Assembly: GCA_020719005.1 (NCBI GenBank)
Contig: DYQZ01000002.1
Span: 1-48,938, forward strand
Source: Candidatus Omnitrophus sp.
GTDB taxonomy: Bacteria; Omnitrophota; Gorgyraeia; Zapsychrales; Fredricksoniimonadaceae
Length of the DNA stretch: 48,938 nt
Direction of reading: 5' to 3'
The position numbers and the translations under genes were made by a program. Shown here piece by piece: positions 1-9,437 of the stretch (its first letter is position 1; each line of letters begins with the position of its first letter). A model generated the notes under the pieces. It had not been told where the DNA came from. It did no database searches and was given only the letters and a program-made list of their open reading frames with translations.

Positions 1-796
<796 letters not shown>

Positions 797-831
797 TTAA
801 TTATTGAACGTCACACTTCAGACGTTTTGGT

Positions 832-1122
832 TTATTTTACGATCGCGAGGATCTCATCTTCTCTGATAATGAAAATAGAACTGCCGTCCTTATCCTTGAT
901 CTCGGTACCGCTATACTTCCCATAAAGCACGGTATCGCCCACCTTGACCTCAAGACCAGCGACCTGGCCATTATCCAATGTCTTACCCTTACCCACAGCC
1001 AGCACCTTCCCCTGCTGAGGCTTTTCTTTAGCTGTATCCGGAATGTAGATCCCGCCAGCCGTCTTCTGTTCGGCATCCAAAGGTTCGAGAACGACCCTGT
1101 CTGCTAATGGTTGTAACTTCAT
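832..1122 (-). CDS. groES: Co-chaperonin GroES
   Basis: 96-aa [17 protein letters not shown]...GKYSGTEIK...ILAIV, typical GroES in length and motifs. GGAGG SD upstream. Sits directly upstream of groEL. Confidence 0.97.
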   Translation of the reverse strand: MKLQPLADRVVLEPLDAEQKTAGGIYIPDTAKEKPQQGKVLAVGKGKTLDNGQVAGLEVKVGDTVLYGKYSGTEIKDKDGSSIFIIREDEILAIVK

Positions 1123-1174
1123 TTACTGCCTCCTTTTTTGATCGTGTTAAAACGTTGATTTTAGAATGTTGCGG

Positions 1175-1201
1175 TTAGCAACTGATTTTCAAGAGTGCTA
1201 A
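1175..1201 (-). promoter_or_regulatory. CIRCE operator (HrcA binding site) at the groES promoter
   Basis: TTAGCAACT-N9-GAGTGCTAA against the CIRCE consensus TTAGCACTC-N9-GAGTGCTAA. Located immediately downstream of the putative -10 box. Confidence 0.85.
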
Positions 1202-1228
1202 TTTATGAAATTTAGGTCGATTTGTCAA
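1201..1228 (-). promoter_or_regulatory. Putative sigma-70 promoter of groESL
   Basis: On the minus strand: TTGACA (1228-1223), a 16-17 nt spacer, then ATAAAT/TAAATT (about 1206-1200). It abuts CIRCE 1. Confidence 0.5.
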
Positions 1229-1253
1229 GAAAACTTTTTTATTCCTGCCATGT

Positions 1254-1280
1254 CTAGCACTCAAAAGAACAGAGTGCCAA
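1254..1280 (-). promoter_or_regulatory. Second CIRCE-like inverted repeat upstream of the -35 box
   Basis: CTAGCACTC-N9-GAGTGCCAA has the same 9-N9-9 geometry, with two mismatches to the consensus. Confidence 0.6.
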
Positions 1281-1344
1281 CTCATGTCCATAAAAAACAG
1301 CCCGCAGGCCGAAATAAAAACCCATCTTAAAATACAACCATGCC

Positions 1345-2091
1345 CTACGCCAACAACCCCATACCTTTGAAAATAAGTTCATCATCAACCGCTTCAACAT
1401 GATGTTTCATGAAACGTTTCATCACATCGGCATAACCGCCGGTCATCACCACTTTTGGGCGGCATTTCATTTCCTCGCCTAAGCGTAAGACCATGCCATC
1501 GCATAAGGCGCCAAAACCATGGAACAGGCCACTCTGAATACTTTCTTCGGTGGAACACCCGATCACTTTTCTGGGTTCCGCGATATGAACGCGTGGCAGC
1601 AGCGCGGTCTTCTCAAATAAAGCCTCGGCCGATAAACGCAGCCCGGGGATGATCGCCCCCCCAAGATAATCACCTTTAGGAGAAAGCCCGTCAAATGTGA
1701 TCGCTGTACCAAGATCAATGACCACCGCCGGCGCGCCATAAAGTTCGCGCACCGCAAAAGCGCACAAGAGACGGTCTTTACCCACCTGACGCGGGCTTTT
1801 ATAACGGTTCTTGATCGGAAGTTTTATGTCCCGCCCAATGATCAGAGGCTTATGCCCCGTCACCTTGAGGATCTTTTTTGAAAGCATTTTCTGCGTGTCA
1901 GGCACTACACTGCAAATAATGACCTTCTTGATCGCATAGCGCTCATTGGCTGATGCAAGAAAATTATCAAGCTTGGCCATCACCAGTTCACTGCCCGGCA
2001 TATGCTCGATCTTTGAGACATGGCTCACCCGGCCTCCCCGAAGGAAACCAAAACCAATAGTCGAATTACCGATATCAATAGCAAGGATCAT
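1345..2091 (-). CDS. coaX: Type III pantothenate kinase
   Basis: 248 aa. N-terminal MILAIDIGNST (ASKHA phosphate-1 motif), VIDLGTAITFD, and a GG-rich C-terminus, as in CoaX/Baf. Confidence 0.9.
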   Translation of the reverse strand: MILAIDIGNSTIGFGFLRGGRVSHVSKIEHMPGSELVMAKLDNFLASANERYAIKKVIICSVVPDTQKMLSKKILKVTGHKPLIIGRDIKLPIKNRYKSPRQVGKDRLLCAFAVRELYGAPAVVIDLGTAITFDGLSPKGDYLGGAIIPGLRLSAEALFEKTALLPRVHIAEPRKVIGCSTEESIQSGLFHGFGALCDGMVLRLGEEMKCRPKVVMTGGYADVMKRFMKHHVEAVDDELIFKGMGLLA

Positions 2092-2103
2092 AGGCGCAGA
2101 ATA

Positions 2104-2838
2104 TCACACATCATGTTTTGTTTCAACGCTGAAAACCTGATGCAACAGCTCAACGGCTCGCGCCTGGTCCATAAAAGACGGGCTGGTCGATACCGTGATA
2201 AAAGAAGCGCGGCTGACCCATTCACGCAAACGCGTGAGCTTCTGTTCAAGCGGAATATACTCCATCACGGGAGCGAATATATCCATGTCGATATCAAGCA
2301 CGAACTTCTCAGGCAAAGCCTGATCGAACGCTTCACGCGTCCCGACTTGAATAACCTCACTGAACCAACCCAAAGACAATGCCGGCGGAATGAAGTTGCC
2401 GACATTCAAGACCTCATTCGTATAATAAAAAGCCTGACCAAGATCAGTATTCTCAGACGGGAATAACGACTCGGGAGCGCGCATATCCTTATGCTGATCC
2501 ACATGAACTAAAGGCAACCCCTTCAACATCACGCCTGAAGAGATCGCCTCATACCAGAAACAGAACGCATGGTTGTGATTATCAAAAACAAAAACATCTT
2601 TCCCGGGGATGTCCAGATGAACGAACCGCTCAAGCCCCTTTGCATTGATCTCAACACCATCAACGATCTCACTGAATACGACATCCTCACCCGGGCACAC
2701 CTGAGCCATACTACCACAGACTAAGGTCGGAACAAAAATACCCTGATTCCGCCGACGCGAAAAAGAGAACGCATTGTTCCCAACAGGATCATCAATGTGA
2801 AAACCAGAATAAAAAGACTGTAGTAACGAAATGTCCAT
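2104..2838 (-). CDS. UPF0489 (C5orf22-like) family protein, function unknown
   Basis: Motifs VFVFDNHNHA, LVHVDQHKDM, FVLDIDMDIF and ITVSTSPSF match, from memory, the conserved blocks of the UPF0489 family. Confidence 0.5.
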   Translation of the reverse strand: MDISLLQSFYSGFHIDDPVGNNAFSFSRRRNQGIFVPTLVCGSMAQVCPGEDVVFSEIVDGVEINAKGLERFVHLDIPGKDVFVFDNHNHAFCFWYEAISSGVMLKGLPLVHVDQHKDMRAPESLFPSENTDLGQAFYYTNEVLNVGNFIPPALSLGWFSEVIQVGTREAFDQALPEKFVLDIDMDIFAPVMEYIPLEQKLTRLREWVSRASFITVSTSPSFMDQARAVELLHQVFSVETKHDV

Positions 2839-2863
2839 ATTAAACCTATCAACATTCTTTAAT

Positions 2864-3009
2864 AAACGGATCTGTCAGGCTTTTCAACGGCATCAGGAAG
2901 CCGAACGGGCACGGTGTCCCGACAAAGTCGGGACGAGTGAGGCTTCCTGCGAGTGAGCCCCGCACGCCGGGCGGGCGAACGTCCGCGGAAAAGCCTGACA
3001 GATCCGTTT
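2864..3009. repeat. 146-bp GC-rich element with 21-bp perfect terminal inverted repeats (candidate structured RNA or MITE-like element)
   Basis: AAACGGATCTGTCAGGCTTTT (2864-2884) is the exact reverse complement of 2989-3009. Inside are a 9-bp helix (2894-2902/2941-2949) and an 8-bp hairpin (2916-2934). Confidence 0.6.
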
Positions 3010-3028
3010 TGATCCCTATATTCTGATA

Positions 3029-4024
3029 CTAACCCTTTGACATTCTTCCTACAGCATCTTCATCGAGCACCAGGGACGTGATCTCGCTCATCTCATCCGG
3101 CGTAGCGCTTTTCCAATAATTCACCACGATCGGCTCTTCTCCCCGCCATTTTGAGTAGAACTGAATGATCCCTGCCGCAAGCGCAAGATGTTCTTCTTTC
3201 AAAACCCGGCTTCGCACCAATGCCGCAGGTCCGAAAAATGTGAATGAACGCAGGATCATGTCATCCGACATGGCATACTCGAGCAGCTTGTCATTCTCAC
3301 GATCATTGCGCCCCAACAACACAAACGTATCTTCATCCACCCGGAAATATCGTCCTAAACCCAACACCGCAGTCAACGCAATATGATCACATCCATGCGC
3401 CAACACATCCTTGATACGCGCACCGAAATGTTTTTCCGTGAGCAAACATCCGCCGCCAGGCTGACTGAATTCCTTAAGACCGGCAGCAACAGCGATCGTA
3501 TGCTGTTCTTTTCGAGACCTCCCGACGATCGCCAATAATTTTGAACGGTCGACCAAGCCCTCTTCTTCAGGGACCGTGGGCGGTAATAACCGAGCGCTCA
3601 AAGGGCGCAGCAACTTTCCCGGGACCCCTGCGTCATTCTCAACCCAGTCAAGACATACCCGGCGCTGAGACATCGGCCGCTGCCCCAATACCTCACCTGT
3701 GAAAATAAAGTCAGCCCCGATCTCTTTCATATATTCAGCGGCTTTCTTGACCATATAAATATGGCAATCCACACACGGATTATGCGCTGAACCAAAACCA
3801 TACTGAGGCTTTTTAAGGATGGAAAGATAATCATCCGCGAGCGGGATCACTTTAAGAGGAATACCAAAACGTTCAGCGAGCGCTGTCACACGCGAAGGCT
3901 TGCCGCATCCCCAGGGCATGGACACATGCACAACATGAACCTCAATGCCCTGATCAAGCATAAGCTGACACGCAACAGCACTATCCAGCCCGCCGGATAA
4001 TAGACCTACGGCTTTAACCCGCAT
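3029..4024 (-). CDS. PP-loop ATP pyrophosphatase family protein (ThiI/MnmA-like tRNA sulfurtransferase)
   Basis: N-terminal VGLLSGGLDS PP-loop. Also a CVDCH cysteine motif and FTGEVLGQRPMSQ, as in ThiI/MnmA-type enzymes lacking THUMP. Confidence 0.65.
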   Translation of the reverse strand: MRVKAVGLLSGGLDSAVACQLMLDQGIEVHVVHVSMPWGCGKPSRVTALAERFGIPLKVIPLADDYLSILKKPQYGFGSAHNPCVDCHIYMVKKAAEYMKEIGADFIFTGEVLGQRPMSQRRVCLDWVENDAGVPGKLLRPLSARLLPPTVPEEEGLVDRSKLLAIVGRSRKEQHTIAVAAGLKEFSQPGGGCLLTEKHFGARIKDVLAHGCDHIALTAVLGLGRYFRVDEDTFVLLGRNDRENDKLLEYAMSDDMILRSFTFFGPAALVRSRVLKEEHLALAAGIIQFYSKWRGEEPIVVNYWKSATPDEMSEITSLVLDEDAVGRMSKG

Positions 4025-4050
4025 CTTTTTTCCTTTATCTTATATTTGTA

Positions 4051-4608
4051 TTACGCGGCAGGCTTTTTCTTGGCCATGGCCATCTTCAACAGATCCGCAG
4101 CGGTCAATTTTGGTTTAGGCGGGGGTTCTTGCGACGCTTTATCTTCCTTGGTCGCAATGCGGTAAGAGAGGATCACTTTGAAGAAAACTTGCTTTGACTG
4201 AAAACCCAGCTCAACGGTATCTTCCCAACGTGAAGGAGGAATGCTGCCCGTCATACGTGTTGAAGGAATGCTGATCTCAACGCTCATCTTGTGAGGTTCA
4301 AGGCGTTTCTTAAAACACCCGGTGATCATGTTCAGGATCTCGCCGACACCATCAAGCGTCTCAAATGCTTCTTCATCAAGATCATCAATACCGAGCATCG
4401 ACCCCACAACGATCGCGGCCCAGGACCCGCGCATAAAGAAAGACACCTTCCCAACAACGTCCCCCTTGAGGTAGATCGTGCTGAAAATGCCTTCCATGCC
4501 GTAGAGTTCCGGATCTTTGTCCGCCAATGCAGGCAAGGCAAAAACACTTCCGAAAGCTTCAACAACGGCTTCATTCAATAATTTTGGGAATTCAACTTTA
4601 TGGTCCAT
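4051..4608 (-). CDS. CheX-like chemotaxis phosphatase family protein
   Basis: DGVGEILNMITG matches the CheC/CheX D-x-x-x-E-x-x-N signature, and the size fits. The ATG at 4608 is preferred over the track's TTG at 4635. Confidence 0.55.
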   Translation of the reverse strand: MDHKVEFPKLLNEAVVEAFGSVFALPALADKDPELYGMEGIFSTIYLKGDVVGKVSFFMRGSWAAIVVGSMLGIDDLDEEAFETLDGVGEILNMITGCFKKRLEPHKMSVEISIPSTRMTGSIPPSRWEDTVELGFQSKQVFFKVILSYRIATKEDKASQEPPPKPKLTAADLLKMAMAKKKPAA

Positions 4609-4689
4609 AGAAATATCCAGCAACAAGAATAGCAAAAAAACTGGGACAACGTTAAAATTTTTTAGCTTTAAGAGAATTTAAAGAATTTA

Positions 4690-5316
4690 TCAGCGCTTTT
4701 GAAGGATAAGCTCACTCTTCTTGGCATCGATCGAGAAAATAAAATTCTCCAAAAAAGACATGCCCAAAAGCCCATCCCGCAAACTTAAATTATCCGACTC
4801 AAGCACAATCGCGCGCACATTCTCGACCACAGCCCCGCCGAGCTCAACCCTCTTTAGGATTACCGGCCGCCCGGCGACCATGGCACCTCCTGCCAACTGA
4901 ACAGGAACGGTCATGCCGCGAACAATCTTGACCTTAAGCTTTTTTGCCATGGCCTTTGAGATCTGCACCACGCTCGCGCCTGTATCAACGAGGAATCGCG
5001 CCCAGACATTATCCTCAAGCTTGACCCTTACAAAATAGCTGGTGCCTTCTTTTTGCATGGGGATCACAACACGTTCGCCTGAAAGCAGAGCCTTTACCTG
5101 TTTTTCCTGCTCAGCCGAAGACGTTCTTGTTAGCGTCTTATTGGTCTGATTAGCCGTCTGCCCGGCCATGGACGTCCCGGTATAAACGACGCTGCCAACG
5201 GCTTTGGTCGCAGTCCAGCCGACTTTTCCGACAACCCCCACAGCCTCACCTGTCGCCTCAAGCACTGCGCAACCAGACAAAACAAGGCACATCAACAACA
5301 TCCCGATCCTACGCAT
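4690..5316 (-). CDS. Retropepsin-like (clan AA) aspartic protease lipoprotein
   Basis: Lipobox LVLSGC after [17 protein letters not shown] catalytic motif and a C-terminal GLLGMSFL flap-like motif. Confidence 0.75.
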   Translation of the reverse strand: MRRIGMLLMCLVLSGCAVLEATGEAVGVVGKVGWTATKAVGSVVYTGTSMAGQTANQTNKTLTRTSSAEQEKQVKALLSGERVVIPMQKEGTSYFVRVKLEDNVWARFLVDTGASVVQISKAMAKKLKVKIVRGMTVPVQLAGGAMVAGRPVILKRVELGGAVVENVRAIVLESDNLSLRDGLLGMSFLENFIFSIDAKKSELILQKR

Positions 5317-7276
5317 ATTTTTTCAACTCCACGATCCTGTCGCGGATAGCCGCAGCTTTTTCAAATTCAAGATTCCTCGCGGCAAGTTCCATCTGCCGCT
5401 CGAGCTCTGCCACTTTTTGCCCGAATTCATATTCTTCTTTATCCTGCCCCGCAACCTCACGGACTATTTGTTCGGCATCTGCCCAAGCTTCGATCCCGAT
5501 ATTAATGGCCCGCTCGATCGTTGTTGGCGTAATATGATGCTCTTCATTGAACTTGATCTGTATCTTCCGCCGACGATCACATTCGCTCATGGTCAGGCGC
5601 ATGGCCTCACTCACTGTATCCGCATACATGATGACGCGACCGTCCACATGACGCGCCGCACGCCCCGCCGTTTGGATAAGGGATGTCTGCGAACGCAAAA
5701 ACCCCTGTTTGTCTGCATCAAAAATAACCACGAGCGACACTTCCGGCAGGTCAAGCCCTTCACGGAGCAAATTCACCCCCACGATACAATCATGTTTTTT
5801 CAAACGCAAGTCCTGAAGGATCTTTGTGCGCTCAATGGTCTCAATATCAGAATGAAGGTATTTCACCTTAACCCCATGATCCTCCAGATATTCCGAAAGG
5901 TCCTCGGACATGCGCTTGGTCAGCGTCGTCACGAGCACGCGCTCACCCTTGGCCGTCCTCATATTAACTTCTTTTAAGAGATCCTCAACTTGTCCGGCTG
6001 TCGGCCTGACCTCGATCTGGGGGTCTGGTATGCCCGTCGGGCGAATAACCTGCTCTACAAGATGGCCCTTGCCCGCCTCACGCTCAAAAGGTGCGGGCGT
6101 TGCAGAGACATAAATAACTTCTTTGACGATCGACTGGAATTCAGGGAACCTGAGCGGACGATTATCCAGACACGACGGAAGACGAAAACCGTGTGCCACC
6201 AGCATTTCCTTACGGGCACGGTCGCCTTCATACATCCCGCGTATCTGCGGCACGGTCACATGCGACTCATCAATGATGACCAGAAGGTCTTTCGGAAAAT
6301 AATCGATCAAACAATAAGGCCTTGCCCCCGCCGGACGACCAGAAAGTACGCGCGAATAATTCTCGATCCCGTTGCAATAGCCAGCCTCACGCATCATCTC
6401 CATGTCAAATTTGGTGCGTGTGCGAAGACGCTGGGCCTCAACAAGTTTTCCCTGCCCTTCCAAATCCTTAACGCGCGCCTCCATCTCATAAGATATTTCG
6501 GCGAGCGCCCCCTCCATCTTAAGCTCTGAGACAATAAAATGTTTGGCAGGATAGACCGCACTTTGCTCCAACTCCTGAAGGACATTGCCAGTCAACGGAT
6601 CAATGAGGGCAATGCGCTCAATGTCATCACCAAAGAATTCAACACGCAGCGCATCCTGACGATAGGCAGGAAAGATCTCGATCACATCCCCCCGCACGCG
6701 AATCTTACCGCGCACAAAATCATGATCACTTCGCTCATACTGGATATCAAGAAGACTCCGGAGCACCTTATCCCGCCCCGCCGCATCACCGCGTTTAAAG
6801 AACACAAGGCTATTCTGATATTCCTCAGGCGCGCCAAGGTTATAAATACACGACACACTCGCCACAATGATCGTATCCCGGCGCGACATCAAAGATGTCG
6901 TCGCGGCCAGCCTCAGGCGATCAAGCCGGTCATTGATCGAAGCATCCTTTTCAATATACATATCCGTCTGGGGAATATACGCCTCAGGCTGATAATAATC
7001 ATAATAGCTAACAAAATATTCCACCGCATTTGACGGAAAGAATTCCTTGAATTCCCCATACAACTGCGCCGCCAGCGTCTTATTATGTGAAATGATCAAG
7101 GTAGGACGATTGACACGTTCGATCACATTGGCCAGTGAGAACGTTTTGCCGCTCCCGGTAACACCAAGGAGCACCTGCGCCTTATCTCCCCGCTCAATAC
7201 CCCGCGCAAGCTCCTCCACCGCAGCCTTCTGATCGGCAATAAGTTTAAAAGAAGATCGAAGCTTGAATTTTTCCAT
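5309..7276 (-). CDS. uvrB: Excinuclease ABC subunit B
   Basis: GVTGSGKTF Walker A, helicase motifs, and a C-terminal UVR domain ([23 protein letters not shown]). The ATG at 7276 (MEKFKL) is preferred over the TTG at 7291. Confidence 0.97.
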   Translation of the reverse strand: MEKFKLRSSFKLIADQKAAVEELARGIERGDKAQVLLGVTGSGKTFSLANVIERVNRPTLIISHNKTLAAQLYGEFKEFFPSNAVEYFVSYYDYYQPEAYIPQTDMYIEKDASINDRLDRLRLAATTSLMSRRDTIIVASVSCIYNLGAPEEYQNSLVFFKRGDAAGRDKVLRSLLDIQYERSDHDFVRGKIRVRGDVIEIFPAYRQDALRVEFFGDDIERIALIDPLTGNVLQELEQSAVYPAKHFIVSELKMEGALAEISYEMEARVKDLEGQGKLVEAQRLRTRTKFDMEMMREAGYCNGIENYSRVLSGRPAGARPYCLIDYFPKDLLVIIDESHVTVPQIRGMYEGDRARKEMLVAHGFRLPSCLDNRPLRFPEFQSIVKEVIYVSATPAPFEREAGKGHLVEQVIRPTGIPDPQIEVRPTAGQVEDLLKEVNMRTAKGERVLVTTLTKRMSEDLSEYLEDHGVKVKYLHSDIETIERTKILQDLRLKKHDCIVGVNLLREGLDLPEVSLVVIFDADKQGFLRSQTSLIQTAGRAARHVDGRVIMYADTVSEAMRLTMSECDRRRKIQIKFNEEHHITPTTIERAINIGIEAWADAEQIVREVAGQDKEEYEFGQKVAELERQMELAARNLEFEKAAAIRDRIVELKKYA

Positions 7277-7337
7277 GGGAAGAGAACACAACTTGCCCCC
7301 TAATGATTTTCATTAAAGGGAACCAATAAAAAGAAGG

Positions 7338-7637
7338 TCAGCAGATCTTTCCGTGCTTATACGGACGGAGTTTATTTTTCTCGCACTTCTTAAGGATCTC
7401 GGTCTCGACGTCGATATCCATGCCGCCGCACATATCAAAGAGGCGGATGAAAACGTCGGCGAGCTCTTCTTTGAAGTTCTCCTCATCCTGCTTGCGGTGG
7501 GCTTCCATAGCCTCAGCGAGTTCCGTCACGACGAGCATGAGCGCCTCGCCCGTATTACGCTTTTCATCCCAAAAACCTTTGGACTTGGCGATCGAATGAC
7601 ACAGGGTGCACAATTCTTTAACAGTAGGAGAGCTCAT
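7338..7637 (-). CDS. MazG-like all-alpha nucleotide pyrophosphohydrolase
   Basis: 99 aa with the E-x-x-E...E-x-x-D pattern (TELAEAMEA...EELADVFIRL) typical of the MazG/NTP-PPase fold. Confidence 0.65.
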   Translation of the reverse strand: MSSPTVKELCTLCHSIAKSKGFWDEKRNTGEALMLVVTELAEAMEAHRKQDEENFKEELADVFIRLFDMCGGMDIDVETEILKKCEKNKLRPYKHGKIC

Positions 7638-8344
7638 TGACGGTTCCTTAGAAGGAAGTTTTTCATATCTGTTGATAGCGGAGCATCGACCTCGATCTCC
7701 TCGCCTGTGACAGGGTGCTTGAACGAAATAAAAGCCGCATGCAGCGCGGTGCGTTTAAATTTCAGTTCCATGTCCTTGCGGAACACATATTTATTCTCAC
7801 CGACGATCGGATGCCCGATCTCCTTAAAATGAATACGCAATTGATTCGTCCGCCCCGTGACCGGTATGGCCTCCACGATCGCAAAACGCTTGCGCTGTTC
7901 AACAACGCGGTATTTTGTGATCGCTTCTTTAGGCTCCGCATCTGGAGCATATTTACTCGTGAAAGAATCCTTGACCGGGATACGGATCACGCCCGACGGA
8001 CGGTCAAGCCGGCCATACAAGAACGCGGTGTATTTCTTCTGCACCAATTTCTTATGAAAAAGATCCATCATGGCTTGCTGAGCCTGCTTACCCTTGGCAA
8101 AGAAGATCACGCCCGACGTCTCGCGATCAAGCCTGTGGCACGGATGAAGACGCGGGACTTCTTTGCTCTGCAATTCCGGACGGCGCTTGAATTCTTCATT
8201 GACGATCGTATCTAAAGACAGGTCTTTCCCATCCTGACGGTCGGTCGGTACAGCCAACAACCCGGCTGGTTTATAAAACGCAATATACTGATCATCTTCA
8301 TAAAGAATGATCATTTTCTTATTAGAGCTAAATCGTTTTGACAT
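7634..8344 (-). CDS. RluA-family pseudouridine synthase
   Basis: HRLDRETSGVIFFAK catalytic motif and a GRTNQLRIH motif. The ATG at 8344 is preceded by AAGGAAG. The track's upstream extension has no SD. Confidence 0.85.
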   Translation of the reverse strand: MSKRFSSNKKMIILYEDDQYIAFYKPAGLLAVPTDRQDGKDLSLDTIVNEEFKRRPELQSKEVPRLHPCHRLDRETSGVIFFAKGKQAQQAMMDLFHKKLVQKKYTAFLYGRLDRPSGVIRIPVKDSFTSKYAPDAEPKEAITKYRVVEQRKRFAIVEAIPVTGRTNQLRIHFKEIGHPIVGENKYVFRKDMELKFKRTALHAAFISFKHPVTGEEIEVDAPLSTDMKNFLLRNRQ

Positions 8345-8513
8345 TATCTTCCTTATCCGTAGTATCCACAGGAGCTGTTGCCTCTTCCACAAGGCGGGTC
8401 AATCTGTCCATTTTCCAAAGAAGCACAATAGGAAAAATAATAAGCCACGCCTGAAAAGCTATTGCCAATAATGCCTGAAAAGGCGTTACTGAAAGATTGA
8501 TCGAACTCTCCAT
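8328..8513 (-). CDS. Hypothetical small membrane protein
   Basis: 61-aa ORF with one hydrophobic span (ALLAIAFQAWLIIFPIVLLW). It fills the gap between PilZ and rluA. No recognisable family. Confidence 0.3.
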   Translation of the reverse strand: MESSINLSVTPFQALLAIAFQAWLIIFPIVLLWKMDRLTRLVEEATAPVDTTDKEDNVKTI

Positions 8514-8533
8514 ATACCCACCCTCATTGCGGC

Positions 8534-8917
8534 CTAGACGCCGGCCTTTTCTTTCTTGCTCATTGAATCATTGACGTATTCATTCAAAAGACGGCTATCT
8601 TGTGCATTAATATCACTAAAAAATATCGCCGTAAAGAATCCCTCTTCCTGCAGTGCATTGACCGTTCTAACGACCACCCCGTGACAAGAGATCTTCCGCG
8701 TCACAACCTTGCCTGCCTTACGGCACGGCAAAAGAAAAGTGACCGCCAACTTTGTCATGGGTTCAATATATTTGCTCACCCGGCAATACGCGCCGGAACA
8801 ACTGATATTCTTCGTCTCTGTTACAAAGTCAGCGTCGCAAGCAGATATCTTGACAGGAATACTGTTGTCAACGCGCGGATGCCGGCGTTTTTCCACAGAA
8901 GCTTTTGGGCTCACCAC
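8534..8917 (-). CDS. PilZ domain protein
   Basis: RRHPRV ... NISCSGAY matches the PilZ RxxxR / (D/N)xSxxG c-di-GMP binding motifs. Confidence 0.75.
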   Translation of the reverse strand: MVSPKASVEKRRHPRVDNSIPVKISACDADFVTETKNISCSGAYCRVSKYIEPMTKLAVTFLLPCRKAGKVVTRKISCHGVVVRTVNALQEEGFFTAIFFSDINAQDSRLLNEYVNDSMSKKEKAGV

Positions 8918-8923
8918 ATCTCC

Positions 8924-9268
8924 TTAGGACGCTGAAAGAATATACTGCGCAATGCGGGACCGGGACAGAACACCGTCATTGAACTTGAATCCGACCTGAA
9001 ACGTCTCACCATAAAGCAGCGACTTTACCCAGGCCACACGGCCTTCGATATCAACCACTTCCGAAGAAGGCGCGAACTGGATCCTGACTTTCACAGGCGC
9101 ATTCACAGGAATAAATGTATTGCAACGGAGCCGAATACCCCCCGTGCTCAGATCCTGCGCCAGTTCACCGGAGAAAACATCCTCATCATTCAAACGGTAT
9201 TTTACAGGACGTTTGAACGCCACCCGCATGAACTTCCTATTCTCGACGCCAGTCTGATTTGTATCCAT
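8924..9268 (-). CDS. PilZ domain protein
   Basis: RKFMRV ... DLSTGGIRL matches the PilZ RxxxR / DxSxxG motifs. 114 aa, single domain. Confidence 0.8.
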   Translation of the reverse strand: MDTNQTGVENRKFMRVAFKRPVKYRLNDEDVFSGELAQDLSTGGIRLRCNTFIPVNAPVKVRIQFAPSSEVVDIEGRVAWVKSLLYGETFQVGFKFNDGVLSRSRIAQYILSAS

Positions 9269-9274
9269 GGGGTT

Positions 9275-9284
9275 ATTATAACAT
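9275..9284 (-). promoter_or_regulatory. Extended -10 box (ATGTTATAAT) 6 nt upstream of the PilZ ATG; predicted leaderless start
   Basis: Minus strand reads TTGGTC-N16-TATAAT-AACCCC-ATG. There is a TGn extension and no SD between the box and the ATG. Confidence 0.45.
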
Positions 9285-9404
9285 CCACACCACCCGGACC
9301 AACTATTTTTTAAGGATATTTGCGGTTTGCTTATGGGGGTTTCCCTGGGGGGGGTTCCCTGGGGTGCTTTCGCGTGCAGGGCTTTGTTTGCTTGGCAATG
9401 TGCA

Positions 9405-9437
9405 CGGGGACACGAAGCCCCGCTTTTTATTTTTATT
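9405..9437 (+). terminator. Intrinsic-terminator-like hairpin plus T-tract inside the GC-rich spacer
   Basis: CGGGG (9405-9409) / CCCCG (9418-9422) with an 8-nt loop, followed by TTTTTATTTTTATT (9424-9437). Confidence 0.35.

Noticed and set aside
2864-3009. Hammerhead ribozyme or SRP-like RNA in the 146-bp palindrome (the minus strand contains CUGAUGC...GAAA; the plus strand contains CAGGAAGCC)
   Set aside because: The hammerhead core requires CUGAnGA followed by a stem II and then GAAA. Here the final A is C, and there is no stem II. The SRP domain IV motifs are absent.
5204-6529. Long plus-strand ORFs (257 aa at 5204-5977, 179 aa at 5990-6529, and others) opposite uvrB
   Set aside because: They lie antisense to an unmistakable uvrB reading frame. 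Their composition is low-complexity and Arg/His/Pro-rich, with no motifs. They are typical shadow ORFs.
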